Assembly: GCA_947627795.1 (NCBI GenBank)
Contig: CANQXJ010000006.1
Coordinates: forward strand, 1,277-65,276
DNA from: an uncultured Clostridia bacterium
GTDB lineage: Bacteria > Bacillota > Clostridia > UBA1381
Direction of reading: 5' to 3'
Length of the DNA: 64,000 nucleotides
The notes beneath the pieces are model-generated. The model saw only the letters and a program-made list of their open reading frames with translations, made no database searches and had not been told where the DNA came from. Position numbers and translations under genes: made by a program. This document shows positions 50,457-58,091 of the stretch, one piece after another. Each line of letters opens with the position of its first letter. The first letter of the stretch is position 1.

Positions 50457-51173
50457 TCAGGGCAGATTTGTTTCGCGTATTTTCTTTATCGCGTTCTTCT
50501 CGATACGCGAGATCTGCACCTGCGACACGCCTATTATATCCGCTATTTCTGTCTGCGTTTTGCCTTTGAAATACCGAAGTACAAGAACTTGTTTTTCTCT
50601 CGGTTTCAAAAAAGCAAGTATATGATCGAGCATTACCTTGTTTATCACGCCGTCCTCTATACTCTCCCCCGCGAGCGTATCAACAAGCCTGATTTCCTTC
50701 TCGCCGTTGTCGTATACGCTCTCGTACAGCGAGCCCGGCGGCGATGCGGCTTCGAAGGCTTCGGAAAGCTCGTCGGCCGCTATGCCGCACTCGTCCGCGA
50801 TTTCGCTCAAGGTCGGCTCCCTGCCGAGCTTTCGCCTAAGCTGCTCCTCCGCGCGCCAGCCCTTCATCGCGTTTTCTTTTAAGGCTCGGCTGATTTTCAC
50901 CGCTCCGTCGTCGCGCAGAAAGCGCTTTATTTCGCCCGCAATCATCGGCACGGCATACGTAGAAAACTGCACGTTAAACGCGGGATTGAACTTTTTTACC
51001 GCCTTTATAAGCCCTATCGCGCCTATCTGCGTCAAATCCTCCGTTTCGCAGCCGCGTCCCGAAAACCGCTTTACTATACTGTAAACAAGCCCCATGTTCT
51101 GCTCCACCATCTCGTTTTCCGCCTGCTTGTCCCCTTCAAGCACGCGCTCGATTAAAGCAGCGTTATTCCTCAT
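50457..51173 (-). CDS. sigF: Sporulation sigma factor SigF
   Basis: Sigma-70 regions (YAVPMIAGEIKRFLRDDG; TQTEIADIIGVSQVQISRIEK), immediately downstream of spoIIAA-spoIIAB. Confidence 0.85.
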   Translation of the reverse strand: MRNNAALIERVLEGDKQAENEMVEQNMGLVYSIVKRFSGRGCETEDLTQIGAIGLIKAVKKFNPAFNVQFSTYAVPMIAGEIKRFLRDDGAVKISRALKENAMKGWRAEEQLRRKLGREPTLSEIADECGIAADELSEAFEAASPPGSLYESVYDNGEKEIRLVDTLAGESIEDGVINKVMLDHILAFLKPREKQVLVLRYFKGKTQTEIADIIGVSQVQISRIEKNAIKKIRETNLP

Positions 51174-51177
51174 CGCG

Positions 51178-51600
51178 TCACCTGCTTATCTTTTTCACCA
51201 TCCGCACCTTAGTGCCCTTGCCGACCGCACTTTCAACCTCGACGGAATCCATAAACGCCTCCATTATCGTAAAACCCATACCCGAGCGCTCGGTTTCCGG
51301 TTTGCCGGTAAAGAGCGGCTCGCGTGCGCGGTCTATATCGGGAATACCGACTCCGCTGTCGGAAACGGTGAATTCTACCGAATCCTCATAAAGCTTACCC
51401 TCAACCGATACAACTCCCTCTCTGTCCTCGTAGCCGTGGATTATCGCGTTTGTGACCGCCTCCGAAACGGCTGTTTTTATCTCCGTAAGCTCGTCCACGG
51501 TCGGATCGAGATCTATAACAAACGCCGCCGCTACGCTGCGCGCAAAGCGCTCGTTATCGGAGCGGTTCGCAAATTCGGTTTTCATACTGTTTCTAAGCAT
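51178..51600 (-). CDS. spoIIAB: Anti-sigma F factor (serine kinase) SpoIIAB
   Basis: NERFARSVAAAF, AVSEAVTNAIIHGY and ERSGMGFTIME (GHKL ATPase). The ATG at 51600 is preceded by GAGGAGGTG and overlaps the spoIIAA stop. Confidence 0.85.
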   Translation of the reverse strand: MLRNSMKTEFANRSDNERFARSVAAAFVIDLDPTVDELTEIKTAVSEAVTNAIIHGYEDREGVVSVEGKLYEDSVEFTVSDSGVGIPDIDRAREPLFTGKPETERSGMGFTIMEAFMDSVEVESAVGKGTKVRMVKKISR

Positions 51601-51940
51601 CGGCTGCCACCTCCTCAAAGCAATCCTCAAGCTTGTCCGCGATTACCGTAAACCGCTCAAGCCCCGACATACGCATGATACGTTTCACCGCCTCCGATGC
51701 GCCGAACACGGCAACGCGCCCGCCGAGCGCGGTAACCTTTCTGTACCGTCCCATCACGACGCCGATTCCGGACGAGTCCATAAACGTGACATGACGGAAA
51801 TCGAACGCAACGTTCACCGCTCCCGTTCTCTCAAGCTCACGGTCAATTTCCTCTCTGACGCTGTCGGCGATATGATGGTCCAGCTCCCCGTTAAGCCGAG
51901 CGACAAGCGCCCTGTATTTACCGTAAAAAATTAATTCCAT
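51593..51940 (-). CDS. spoIIAA: Anti-anti-sigma F factor SpoIIAA (STAS domain)
   Basis: MELIFYGKYRALVARLNGELDHH..VTFMDSSGIGVVMG (phosphorylatable Ser context DSSG). AGGAGG RBS before the ATG at 51940; the upstream extension in the ORF track crosses a terminator. Confidence 0.85.
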   Translation of the reverse strand: MELIFYGKYRALVARLNGELDHHIADSVREEIDRELERTGAVNVAFDFRHVTFMDSSGIGVVMGRYRKVTALGGRVAVFGASEAVKRIMRMSGLERFTVIADKLEDCFEEVAADA

Positions 51941-51976
51941 ATGTATCCTCCTTTGGAATATTATTTCCCCTGTTAA

Positions 51977-52034
51977 TATATTTCCATAAATTTCCTTAAA
52001 ATTCCTTTGATGAAAACGAGGAAGTTTTGTCGAA
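51977..52034 (-). promoter_or_regulatory. spoIIA regulatory region: perfect Spo0A box and SigH-like promoter
   Basis: TGTCGAA (0A box) at 52028-52034. Minus-strand AAAGGAATT - 14 nt - GGAAAT (52008-51980) resembles the SigH consensus RNAGGAWWW-N14-RNNGAAT. Three tandem 10-bp GGAAWTTTA-like repeats are present. Confidence 0.45.
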
Positions 52035-52079
52035 CGGAGGGGGATGTATGATTTACCTCGGCAGCGAGATACGCGCATA

Positions 52080-52118
52080 AAAAGCCGCAACTGCGCGCAA
52101 AGCGCGGTCACGGCTTTT
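52080..52118 (-). terminator. Intrinsic terminator after the mmcQ/yjbR-like gene
   Basis: Stem AAAAGCCG / CGGCTTTT enclosing a second GC-rich helix. T-run on the minus strand. Confidence 0.6.
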
Positions 52119-52145
52119 GTATTACATATTTTCTCCCATTAAATT

Positions 52146-52523
52146 TCAATGTTTCTTTGACTTTTTCTTTGTTAAGTTATAGCTCAAATCGAGCAGCGGA
52201 TATATATCCTCCGCGCCGACCGTTCCGTCAAGAAGTATCGTGAGCCAATTTTCGCGGTGCATATGGTACGCGGGCAAAAAACCCTTGTTAAGCCTGAGCG
52301 AGCCGGACAGCAACGAGTCGCATTTGACATTCAGAATATCCACGCGCTCATCGCCGGTCATGCCGAGTCTGTTCCGCGGCACATCCATAAACAGCGCGTA
52401 CCATTTGCGCGTGTCGCTGTGGCGCAGCACTGAATATGTCGGCGCTGTCGAAAACGGCGCGTCCGGTATTGTTTTATATGTTTTCTTTGCGTATGCCAAT
52501 ACTTGCTCCTTTATTTCGTTCAT
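52146..52523 (-). CDS. MmcQ/YjbR family DNA-binding protein
   Basis: 125 aa with FSTAPTYSVLRHSDTRKWYALFMDV..LNVKCD..LPAYHMHRENWLTILLDG, typical of YjbR-like proteins. Confidence 0.75.
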   Translation of the reverse strand: MNEIKEQVLAYAKKTYKTIPDAPFSTAPTYSVLRHSDTRKWYALFMDVPRNRLGMTGDERVDILNVKCDSLLSGSLRLNKGFLPAYHMHRENWLTILLDGTVGAEDIYPLLDLSYNLTKKKSKKH

Positions 52524-52623
52524 ATGTATACTCCAATCAAGCTGTCCTGCGGTTTTTAAGCATTACGCTATACAAGCGCATACAGCTTTACCTCTTTCAC
52601 GGGTGAATTTCTTTTATAAAATT

Positions 52624-52665
52624 ATTTTATCACTTTTTCCGGTTAGGTTCAATAGCGATATTAAA
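52624..52665 (-). promoter_or_regulatory. Conserved promoter module, copy 1 (upstream of mmcQ/yjbR-like gene)
   Basis: Minus-strand ATCGCTATTGAAC-CTAACCGGAAAAAGTGA-TAAAAT (-35 TTGAAC, 17 nt, -10 TAAAAT). The spacer is conserved with copies at 57989-58030 and 60857-60898. Confidence 0.55.
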
Positions 52666-52680
52666 CATTACGCTTTTTTA

Positions 52681-55197
52681 TCATATGTCCGCAGCGAGTT
52701 CAAAATCATCATCGCTTATTTTATTGTCATAAGACAAAACATAGCGTATTCCGGTTTCAGTGTTTTCACTCAAAAGATAGGAGTAAGTCTCCTGCCGCAT
52801 CCGAGACTCGCCGCCGTAGCTGTCAAAGCGGGTGTCGATGAAAACATTGAAAATTTGTCCGTTATATCTGACAGTTTCCAAAATCGGATCGCCCTCAACA
52901 GTGTAACGAACAACTACTAGCTCCGACTCGCGATTGTTATCTACATCATCGATAAACTCGTCCAGCCTGCCGCGCTGCTCGATTACTCCGTGGCGGACAA
53001 CGAGATATTCGTGGTTTATATAAAGCCTGAAATCCTGTACGTCTCCGTCTTGGTACAAATTGACGTATTCCGGCTCGTTATCGCCGATTTTTATACTTAC
53101 GTAAAGCGGCTGAGTGTAATACGGCATAGAGGACGAGCCGCCGCCGACATTAAACGTATTTGACGAAACGGAGCTTACTTCACATCTGTCGATTACCACA
53201 TTTCCGTGTATTAAGCGTATATCCGCCGGTACTCCGAGCGGAAGGTCGCCGTCTGTGTAAACAACAAGCAAGTCATGATCAAATATGCCGTTGCTGTCGG
53301 GAGTTCCCGGGATTTGCAGAACGCACTGCCAGCCTCCGTTTCTGCCGGAATAGACGGTATAATCTGGCGCGCCGTCGTCAATATGAAAATAGGCTCCGAA
53401 ATCCTCAACCGCCTGCACGTGTACAAGCTCGTCTCCGACGAATATAAACATATATGTGTCGGTGTAATCCTCGCCGCTTAATGGGTCTTCGTATGCCGCT
53501 ACATAGTTATGAACGTCCTCAGTCCATACCTCGATTTCCTTTCCGATATATTTGTCAAGCTCGCCGGGCAGATCCCACTCGTCCGCGATCTCCCGCGTCA
53601 GCGTTTCCGTTTCCCTCAGTCCGCTGTTTATGATAATTTCGTTATCCTCGCCGATATAGTCCCAAACCTTTAAACGCCGCGCGTCAAACGGCTTCTCCGG
53701 GTTGATCGCCATAGCCCGCATATAAAAGTCCTCAAACGCGTCTGTATCCGACACGGCGTTTTTTATATCCTCATCTGTAATCGGGTACTCGGAATAATAC
53801 GCCGTGTTTTCATACAGCGATTGTCTGCTTCCGTACTGCGAATAAAACGCTGTTTCAGAATTTTCGATATCGCTGTAATCGTCAAACGCGCAAAACAGAA
53901 CATCGTTTAAATCGGGAACGAGCGCGAACAGAAACGCTTCGGCTCTCAGGAAATACCGTTCGTCGAGCGCGCGCCAATCCGACCGTTTATGCGTTGTATA
54001 CCGTACACGAAGCGTATTCGGAGCAGGTATGTTCGTCATTTCGCAGTCATATAAATCTATCGGCACGGTGTCGGTAAGCTCTAAAATTTCTTTGATTCCT
54101 TCGGTATCGATGACTGCCGTGTTTCTGTGCGCGTACACCCGCTCGAGCTTGTTTTTGGACGGCTTCGGCGCGAACAGCCTGCTGTCCCCGAGCACGTTGT
54201 CCGCCATAACTCCGCCGGCGAATACCGCCGCGCCAAGCACGCATACCGCCAATATTGACGATATAACAGCCGCTTTTTTGCCGGCTTTGCGCGCGGTATT
54301 TATCATATTAAACCGCTCCGCAAGTCTTTTCGCGTTTCCGCTCATCTGCGTTGTGAGCGGCTCGGGCTTTGATGCGGTGAGAAGCGATAAGATCGTGTTA
54401 ATATATTCGCCCCTTTCGCCTTCGCTCATATCACGCGTTACCGCCGCGTCGCAGGATATTTCGCACTCCGCGTTAATTCTGCTTGCGATAAAGTACACCA
54501 CGGGATTGAACCAATGTACGCACTTAGCAATCGTCACGAGCCACTTCCACAATATATCGCCGCGCCGCAGATGCGTCGTTTCGTGGCGCAGAATATAGCC
54601 GAGCCTGTCATCGTCGATCTCCTTGTCGGGGAGTATCAGACACGGCTTGAAAAATCCGACCATAAGCGGAGACACCGCATTTTTGCTTTTGCATACGGAA
54701 ATTTTTCTTTTTGTGTAATTCCCCAATTCCGAACATTCCGCCGCAACCGAATTTCTTTTTAATTTGATAATAAACGCCCAATATTTCGCGAGCCGCCAAA
54801 CAAACAGCCCCGCCGCGACAATAAGCCATATCCATGCCGCTGTACCGAACGTAAAATTAAATCCTTCCGGCTCGTTTTGCGTGGGCGTTACCGGTGCGGT
54901 TTCAGTCTGAACCGGCACGGCAATGTCCGTCTGAACGTCGTTTTTCGGTATCTGTACCGGCGTGGATTGTTCTACACGCATCGGAGCATTATCCGCCGCA
55001 GTAAACCGAATTTGCGGAAGCGACACGTTAAATCTCGCCGGAGCGAGCATTACAATAACAACCGCTATCCACATATAATAATGCCACGCCGCGGGAAAGC
55101 GCCTTTTTGTGAGCGGCTTAACAAGCGCCAGCAAAACCGACAACACAGTCCCCGCCGCTCCCGCGCACAGGAGCGATTTGAAAATATATTCCAACAT
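52681..55197 (-). CDS. BlaR1/MecR1-like M56 signal-transducing metalloprotease, paralogue 1, with a ~500-aa non-PBP extracellular region (DUF4825-like and DUF4362-like by recollection)
   Basis: Zinc motif RHETTHLRRGD. N-terminal ~338 aa nearly identical to the upstream paralogue. The C-terminal region has no SxxK penicillin-binding motif context. AAAGGAGG RBS. Confidence 0.85.
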   Translation of the reverse strand: MLEYIFKSLLCAGAAGTVLSVLLALVKPLTKRRFPAAWHYYMWIAVVIVMLAPARFNVSLPQIRFTAADNAPMRVEQSTPVQIPKNDVQTDIAVPVQTETAPVTPTQNEPEGFNFTFGTAAWIWLIVAAGLFVWRLAKYWAFIIKLKRNSVAAECSELGNYTKRKISVCKSKNAVSPLMVGFFKPCLILPDKEIDDDRLGYILRHETTHLRRGDILWKWLVTIAKCVHWFNPVVYFIASRINAECEISCDAAVTRDMSEGERGEYINTILSLLTASKPEPLTTQMSGNAKRLAERFNMINTARKAGKKAAVISSILAVCVLGAAVFAGGVMADNVLGDSRLFAPKPSKNKLERVYAHRNTAVIDTEGIKEILELTDTVPIDLYDCEMTNIPAPNTLRVRYTTHKRSDWRALDERYFLRAEAFLFALVPDLNDVLFCAFDDYSDIENSETAFYSQYGSRQSLYENTAYYSEYPITDEDIKNAVSDTDAFEDFYMRAMAINPEKPFDARRLKVWDYIGEDNEIIINSGLRETETLTREIADEWDLPGELDKYIGKEIEVWTEDVHNYVAAYEDPLSGEDYTDTYMFIFVGDELVHVQAVEDFGAYFHIDDGAPDYTVYSGRNGGWQCVLQIPGTPDSNGIFDHDLLVVYTDGDLPLGVPADIRLIHGNVVIDRCEVSSVSSNTFNVGGGSSSMPYYTQPLYVSIKIGDNEPEYVNLYQDGDVQDFRLYINHEYLVVRHGVIEQRGRLDEFIDDVDNNRESELVVVRYTVEGDPILETVRYNGQIFNVFIDTRFDSYGGESRMRQETYSYLLSENTETGIRYVLSYDNKISDDDFELAADI
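54184..55197 (-). repeat. Duplicated M56 transmembrane/protease module (pairs with 56187-57191)
   Basis: About 1 kb of DNA alignable by eye with 56187-57191, with most positions identical. Similarity stops right after the last TM helix (AAVFAGGVMAD). Confidence 0.85.
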
Positions 55198-55219
55198 GAT
55201 TTGTACCTCCTTTTTTGTG

Positions 55220-55380
55220 TAAATTATGATTTAGCGGTATAAGCCTCCCTTGTCAAAGGGAGGGGGACCGCGTAGCGGTGGAGGGATTCATTTTTTTTAA
55301 GTTAGCGAAGGAATCCCCCAGTCAGCTCCGCTGACAGCCCCCTTTGACAAGGGGGCCTTTCACGCATAAATCATAATTTA
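55220..55380. mobile_element. 161-bp MITE-like nested palindromic repeat, copy B (reverse orientation of copy A)
   Basis: Same 14-bp TIRs and the same four hairpins as 8563-8722. It fills the gap between the two BlaR1-like genes. Confidence 0.7.
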
Positions 55381-55391
55381 TTGGCGTTTGA

Positions 55392-57191
55392 CTAGCTTGA
55401 GATCCTCGCCAATAAATCAAAACTGTCCTTGACCATATTAATTTGCTCAAACATCTCCCGATATTCCGCCTTAATTGCAAAGCCGTCTGCCGCAAGATTC
55501 CGCGCGTCTGCGGGAATTGTATAAATGTACGCGTAATTTTCATCTCTGTACAGCAGCTCGCTTCCGCCGAGCATATTTAATATCTCATCGGCTTCATCGG
55601 ATTTAACAATCTCAATATTGCACAAAAGTCCCGCTCCGTCCTTATCATACGCAGACTTTTGTACGATACTGACAGAATTGTCGTGCTCAATAATCCGATA
55701 TTTCCCCGCCCAGTCGAGAGGCAGAGTAATCTTGAAATTCAAGCTGTCATTCCTGTACAGCGTTCCCGCGAGAGCGGCGCCGCCGCCGTTTACCGTTACC
55801 GTTATATCATCAAATACACCCTGTCCGGACATTTTTAGTTTATCAAATAAATCATACGGCACATATATTACATCGTTTTTCAAAATCGGCGCGCGAAGAA
55901 GCTCCGAATTTTCCGTTGTGCCGTGGGAATGTCCGGCAAAATAGGCGTACGGGTTTCCGATTTGAATACGATTTATCCAAAAATGATACTCCTGTCCGCG
56001 ATATTCCACGGGCGGCACGGCATTAATCAAAAATTCCGCATATCCGTTATCGTTATAAGTAATATCGGTAATGCCCTCTATGTTCAGCATTTCGCGCAGC
56101 GGCAGATAAACTGTGTTGTTTTCAACAAACGGCTTATTTTCAAGCGTTATCCTTTCACCGTTGTTGGTTATCTCAATCGCGTAATTGTCCCCAAGCACGC
56201 CGTCAGCCATAACCCCGCCCGCGAAAACTGCCGCGCCGAGTACGCATACCGCCAATATTGAAGATACAACAGCCGCTTTTTTGCCCGCTCTACGCGTGGT
56301 ATTTATCATATTAAACCGTTCCGCAAGTCTTTTTGCGTTTCCGCTCATCTGCGTGGTGAGCGGCGCGGGTTTTGATGTGGTGAGAAGCGATAAAATTGTG
56401 TTGATATACTCGCCTTTTTCGTTTTCACTCATGGTACGCGTAACAGCCGCGTCGCAGGAGATTTCGCACTCCGCGTTAATTCTGTTTGCGATAAAATACA
56501 TTGCCGGATTGAACCAATGTATGCACTTTGCAATCGTCACAAGCCATTTCCAAAGTATATCGCCGCGCCGCAGATGCGTTATTTCGTGGCGCAGAATATA
56601 ACCGAGCCTGTCAGCGTCAAGCTCCTTGTCGGGCAGTATCAGACACGGCTTGAAAAATCCGACCACAAGCGGCGATGCCGTATCCTTGCTTTTGCGAACG
56701 GAAATTCTTCTTTTTGTGTAATTCCTCAATTCTGAACATTTCGCCGTGACCGAGCTTTTGCGAAGCTTTCCGAGAAACGTCCAATATTTCGCAATATGCC
56801 AAACAAACAGCCCCGCTGCAACGATAATCCATATCCATGCCGCTGCGGCAAATGTAAAATTAAATCCCGCCGGCTCGTTTTGCGTGGGCATTACCGGCAT
56901 GGTTTCAGTCTGAACCGACGCGTCAGCATTCGTTCCCGTCATTGCCTGTATGTGTGCGGATTGTTCTATCCTCGCCGGAGCATTATCCACCGGAACAAAC
57001 CGAATTTGCGGCAGCGATACATTAAATCTCGCAGGAGCAAGCATCACAACGACAACTGCAATCCACATATAATAATGCCACGCCGCCGGAAAGCGCCTTT
57101 TTGTAAGCGGCTTAACAAGCGCCATCAAAACCGCCAACACCGTCCCCGCCGCTCCCGCGCACAGGAGCGATTTGAAAATATATTCAAGCAT
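55392..57191 (-). CDS. BlaR1/MecR1-like M56 signal-transducing metalloprotease, paralogue 2, with a copper-amine-oxidase-N-terminal-like (stalk) sensor region
   Basis: Zinc motif RHEITHLRRGD. C-terminal FVENNTVYLPLREMLNIEG resembles the copper amine oxidase N-terminal domain. It starts 4 nt after the blaI stop. Confidence 0.85.
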   Translation of the reverse strand: MLEYIFKSLLCAGAAGTVLAVLMALVKPLTKRRFPAAWHYYMWIAVVVVMLAPARFNVSLPQIRFVPVDNAPARIEQSAHIQAMTGTNADASVQTETMPVMPTQNEPAGFNFTFAAAAWIWIIVAAGLFVWHIAKYWTFLGKLRKSSVTAKCSELRNYTKRRISVRKSKDTASPLVVGFFKPCLILPDKELDADRLGYILRHEITHLRRGDILWKWLVTIAKCIHWFNPAMYFIANRINAECEISCDAAVTRTMSENEKGEYINTILSLLTTSKPAPLTTQMSGNAKRLAERFNMINTTRRAGKKAAVVSSILAVCVLGAAVFAGGVMADGVLGDNYAIEITNNGERITLENKPFVENNTVYLPLREMLNIEGITDITYNDNGYAEFLINAVPPVEYRGQEYHFWINRIQIGNPYAYFAGHSHGTTENSELLRAPILKNDVIYVPYDLFDKLKMSGQGVFDDITVTVNGGGAALAGTLYRNDSLNFKITLPLDWAGKYRIIEHDNSVSIVQKSAYDKDGAGLLCNIEIVKSDEADEILNMLGGSELLYRDENYAYIYTIPADARNLAADGFAIKAEYREMFEQINMVKDSFDLLARISS

Positions 57192-57194
57192 GGA

Positions 57195-57560
57195 TTATTC
57201 CCCCTTCGTCTCAAATTTTGCTTTCAACTCCTCAATATCGTTTTCCGTCAATCCCGCGTACTCGAACAGCGACACCGCGAAATCCTTTACCGAGCCGTCA
57301 AAAAGGCTTCCGATGAGATTTTTCGTCTGCGATTTTTTGTATTCCTTCGCCGAAATCATCGGCGTGTAGTAATACAGCTTTCCGCGCTTCTGTGCCGATA
57401 TCGCTCCCTTTTCCGTTAGCCGCGTAAGAAATGTCGCGATCGTGGTCTTTTTCCAGCCGTGCTCCGCTACCGCCTTGCCTATGTCCACCGATGTTATAGG
57501 CTCCTTAGCGTTCCACAACACTTTCATTATTTCAAGTTCAGATTCTCCTATACTAATCAT
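57195..57560 (-). CDS. blaI: BlaI/MecI/CopY family transcriptional repressor
   Basis: ISIGESELEIMKVLWNAKEPITSVDI..TIATFLTRLTEKG winged-helix. I prefer the ATG at 57560 (GGGAG 9 nt upstream) over 57569, where the RBS abuts the ATG. Confidence 0.85.
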   Translation of the reverse strand: MISIGESELEIMKVLWNAKEPITSVDIGKAVAEHGWKKTTIATFLTRLTEKGAISAQKRGKLYYYTPMISAKEYKKSQTKNLIGSLFDGSVKDFAVSLFEYAGLTENDIEELKAKFETKGE

Positions 57561-57573
57561 AAAAATCATCTCC

Positions 57574-57628
57574 CATATTCTACTTGTGTAGTTTATTATA
57601 TTCTACCACAGTAGAATATGGTTGTCAA
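57574..57628 (-). promoter_or_regulatory. blaI operon promoter with overlapping BlaI-type operators
   Basis: Minus-strand TTGACA (57628-57623) - 17 nt - TAGAAT (57605-57600). Perfect 9-4-9 palindrome ATATTCTAC-CACA-GTAGAATAT at 57598-57619. Second half-conserved site ATATTCTAC-TTGT-GTAG at 57575-57591. The core TAC-N4-GTA matches staphylococcal bla/mec operators. Confidence 0.7.
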
Positions 57629-57748
57629 TATGTATATATAAAATTTTGTAAAATCACAGACGCATTTTTAATTGAGTTTATATTTGAAACGGCGACATAT
57701 ACATGTTTAATGTGGTCAGATTATCAGGAGTTATATTTTGGAAGTAAT

Positions 57749-57772
57749 AAAAAAAACAGACGGAGCGTCTGT
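57749..57772 (-). terminator. Intrinsic terminator of the non-coding unit
   Basis: Minus-strand ACAGACG-CUC-CGUCUGU followed by eight U. Confidence 0.7.
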
Positions 57773-57982
57773 GCCGCTCTCTTTGCGAAATTCGGCACCG
57801 GCGCTCCGCCCTATTTTGTACAGTACGTGAAAAATCAATGTTCACGCCGTGCGGCTTCAGCGAAACTGTCATCCCCTCCGCAGTCCATCGCTGTCGCTGC
57901 ATATGGCGGCTCCCGGAATTGTTACCAAATCGTCCCGTCATTTATCAGCATCCCACTGTACAGCGGTACATTAAATCTGTCG
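57749..57982 (-). ncRNA. Candidate ~235-nt non-coding transcript or cis-regulatory leader upstream of the blaI promoter
   Basis: Bounded by promoter module copy 2 and a clean terminator. There is no convincing ORF. A 9-bp alternative helix GGCGGAGCG (57809-57801) / CGCUCCGUC competes with the terminator stem. Confidence 0.3.
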
Positions 57983-57988
57983 GCAAAC

Positions 57989-58069
57989 ATTTTACCACTT
58001 TTCCCACTCCGATTCAATATCAATATAAAATAAAGGCAAAATCCCGAAATCTGTCAGACCTCGGGATTT
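57989..58069 (-). promoter_or_regulatory. Conserved promoter module copy 2 with its upstream hairpin (also the terminator of the DUF2798-like gene)
   Basis: Minus-strand ATTGATATTGAAT-CGGAGTGGGAAAAGTGG-TAAAAT. Perfect 9-bp hairpin AAATCCCGA / TCGGGATTT at 58038-58069. Confidence 0.55.
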
Positions 58070-58091
58070 CTCATCGCTCCGTATAAACAAT

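Noticed and set aside
57584-58086. ORF-track entries 57584-58033 (+, 149 aa), 57678-57941 (-, 87 aa) and 57838-58086 (+, 82 aa) as protein genes.
   Set aside because: They have no RBS. They cross a promoter module, a terminator hairpin or the BlaI operator, and their composition looks like noise. The region is better explained as non-coding (see the candidate leader/sRNA finding).
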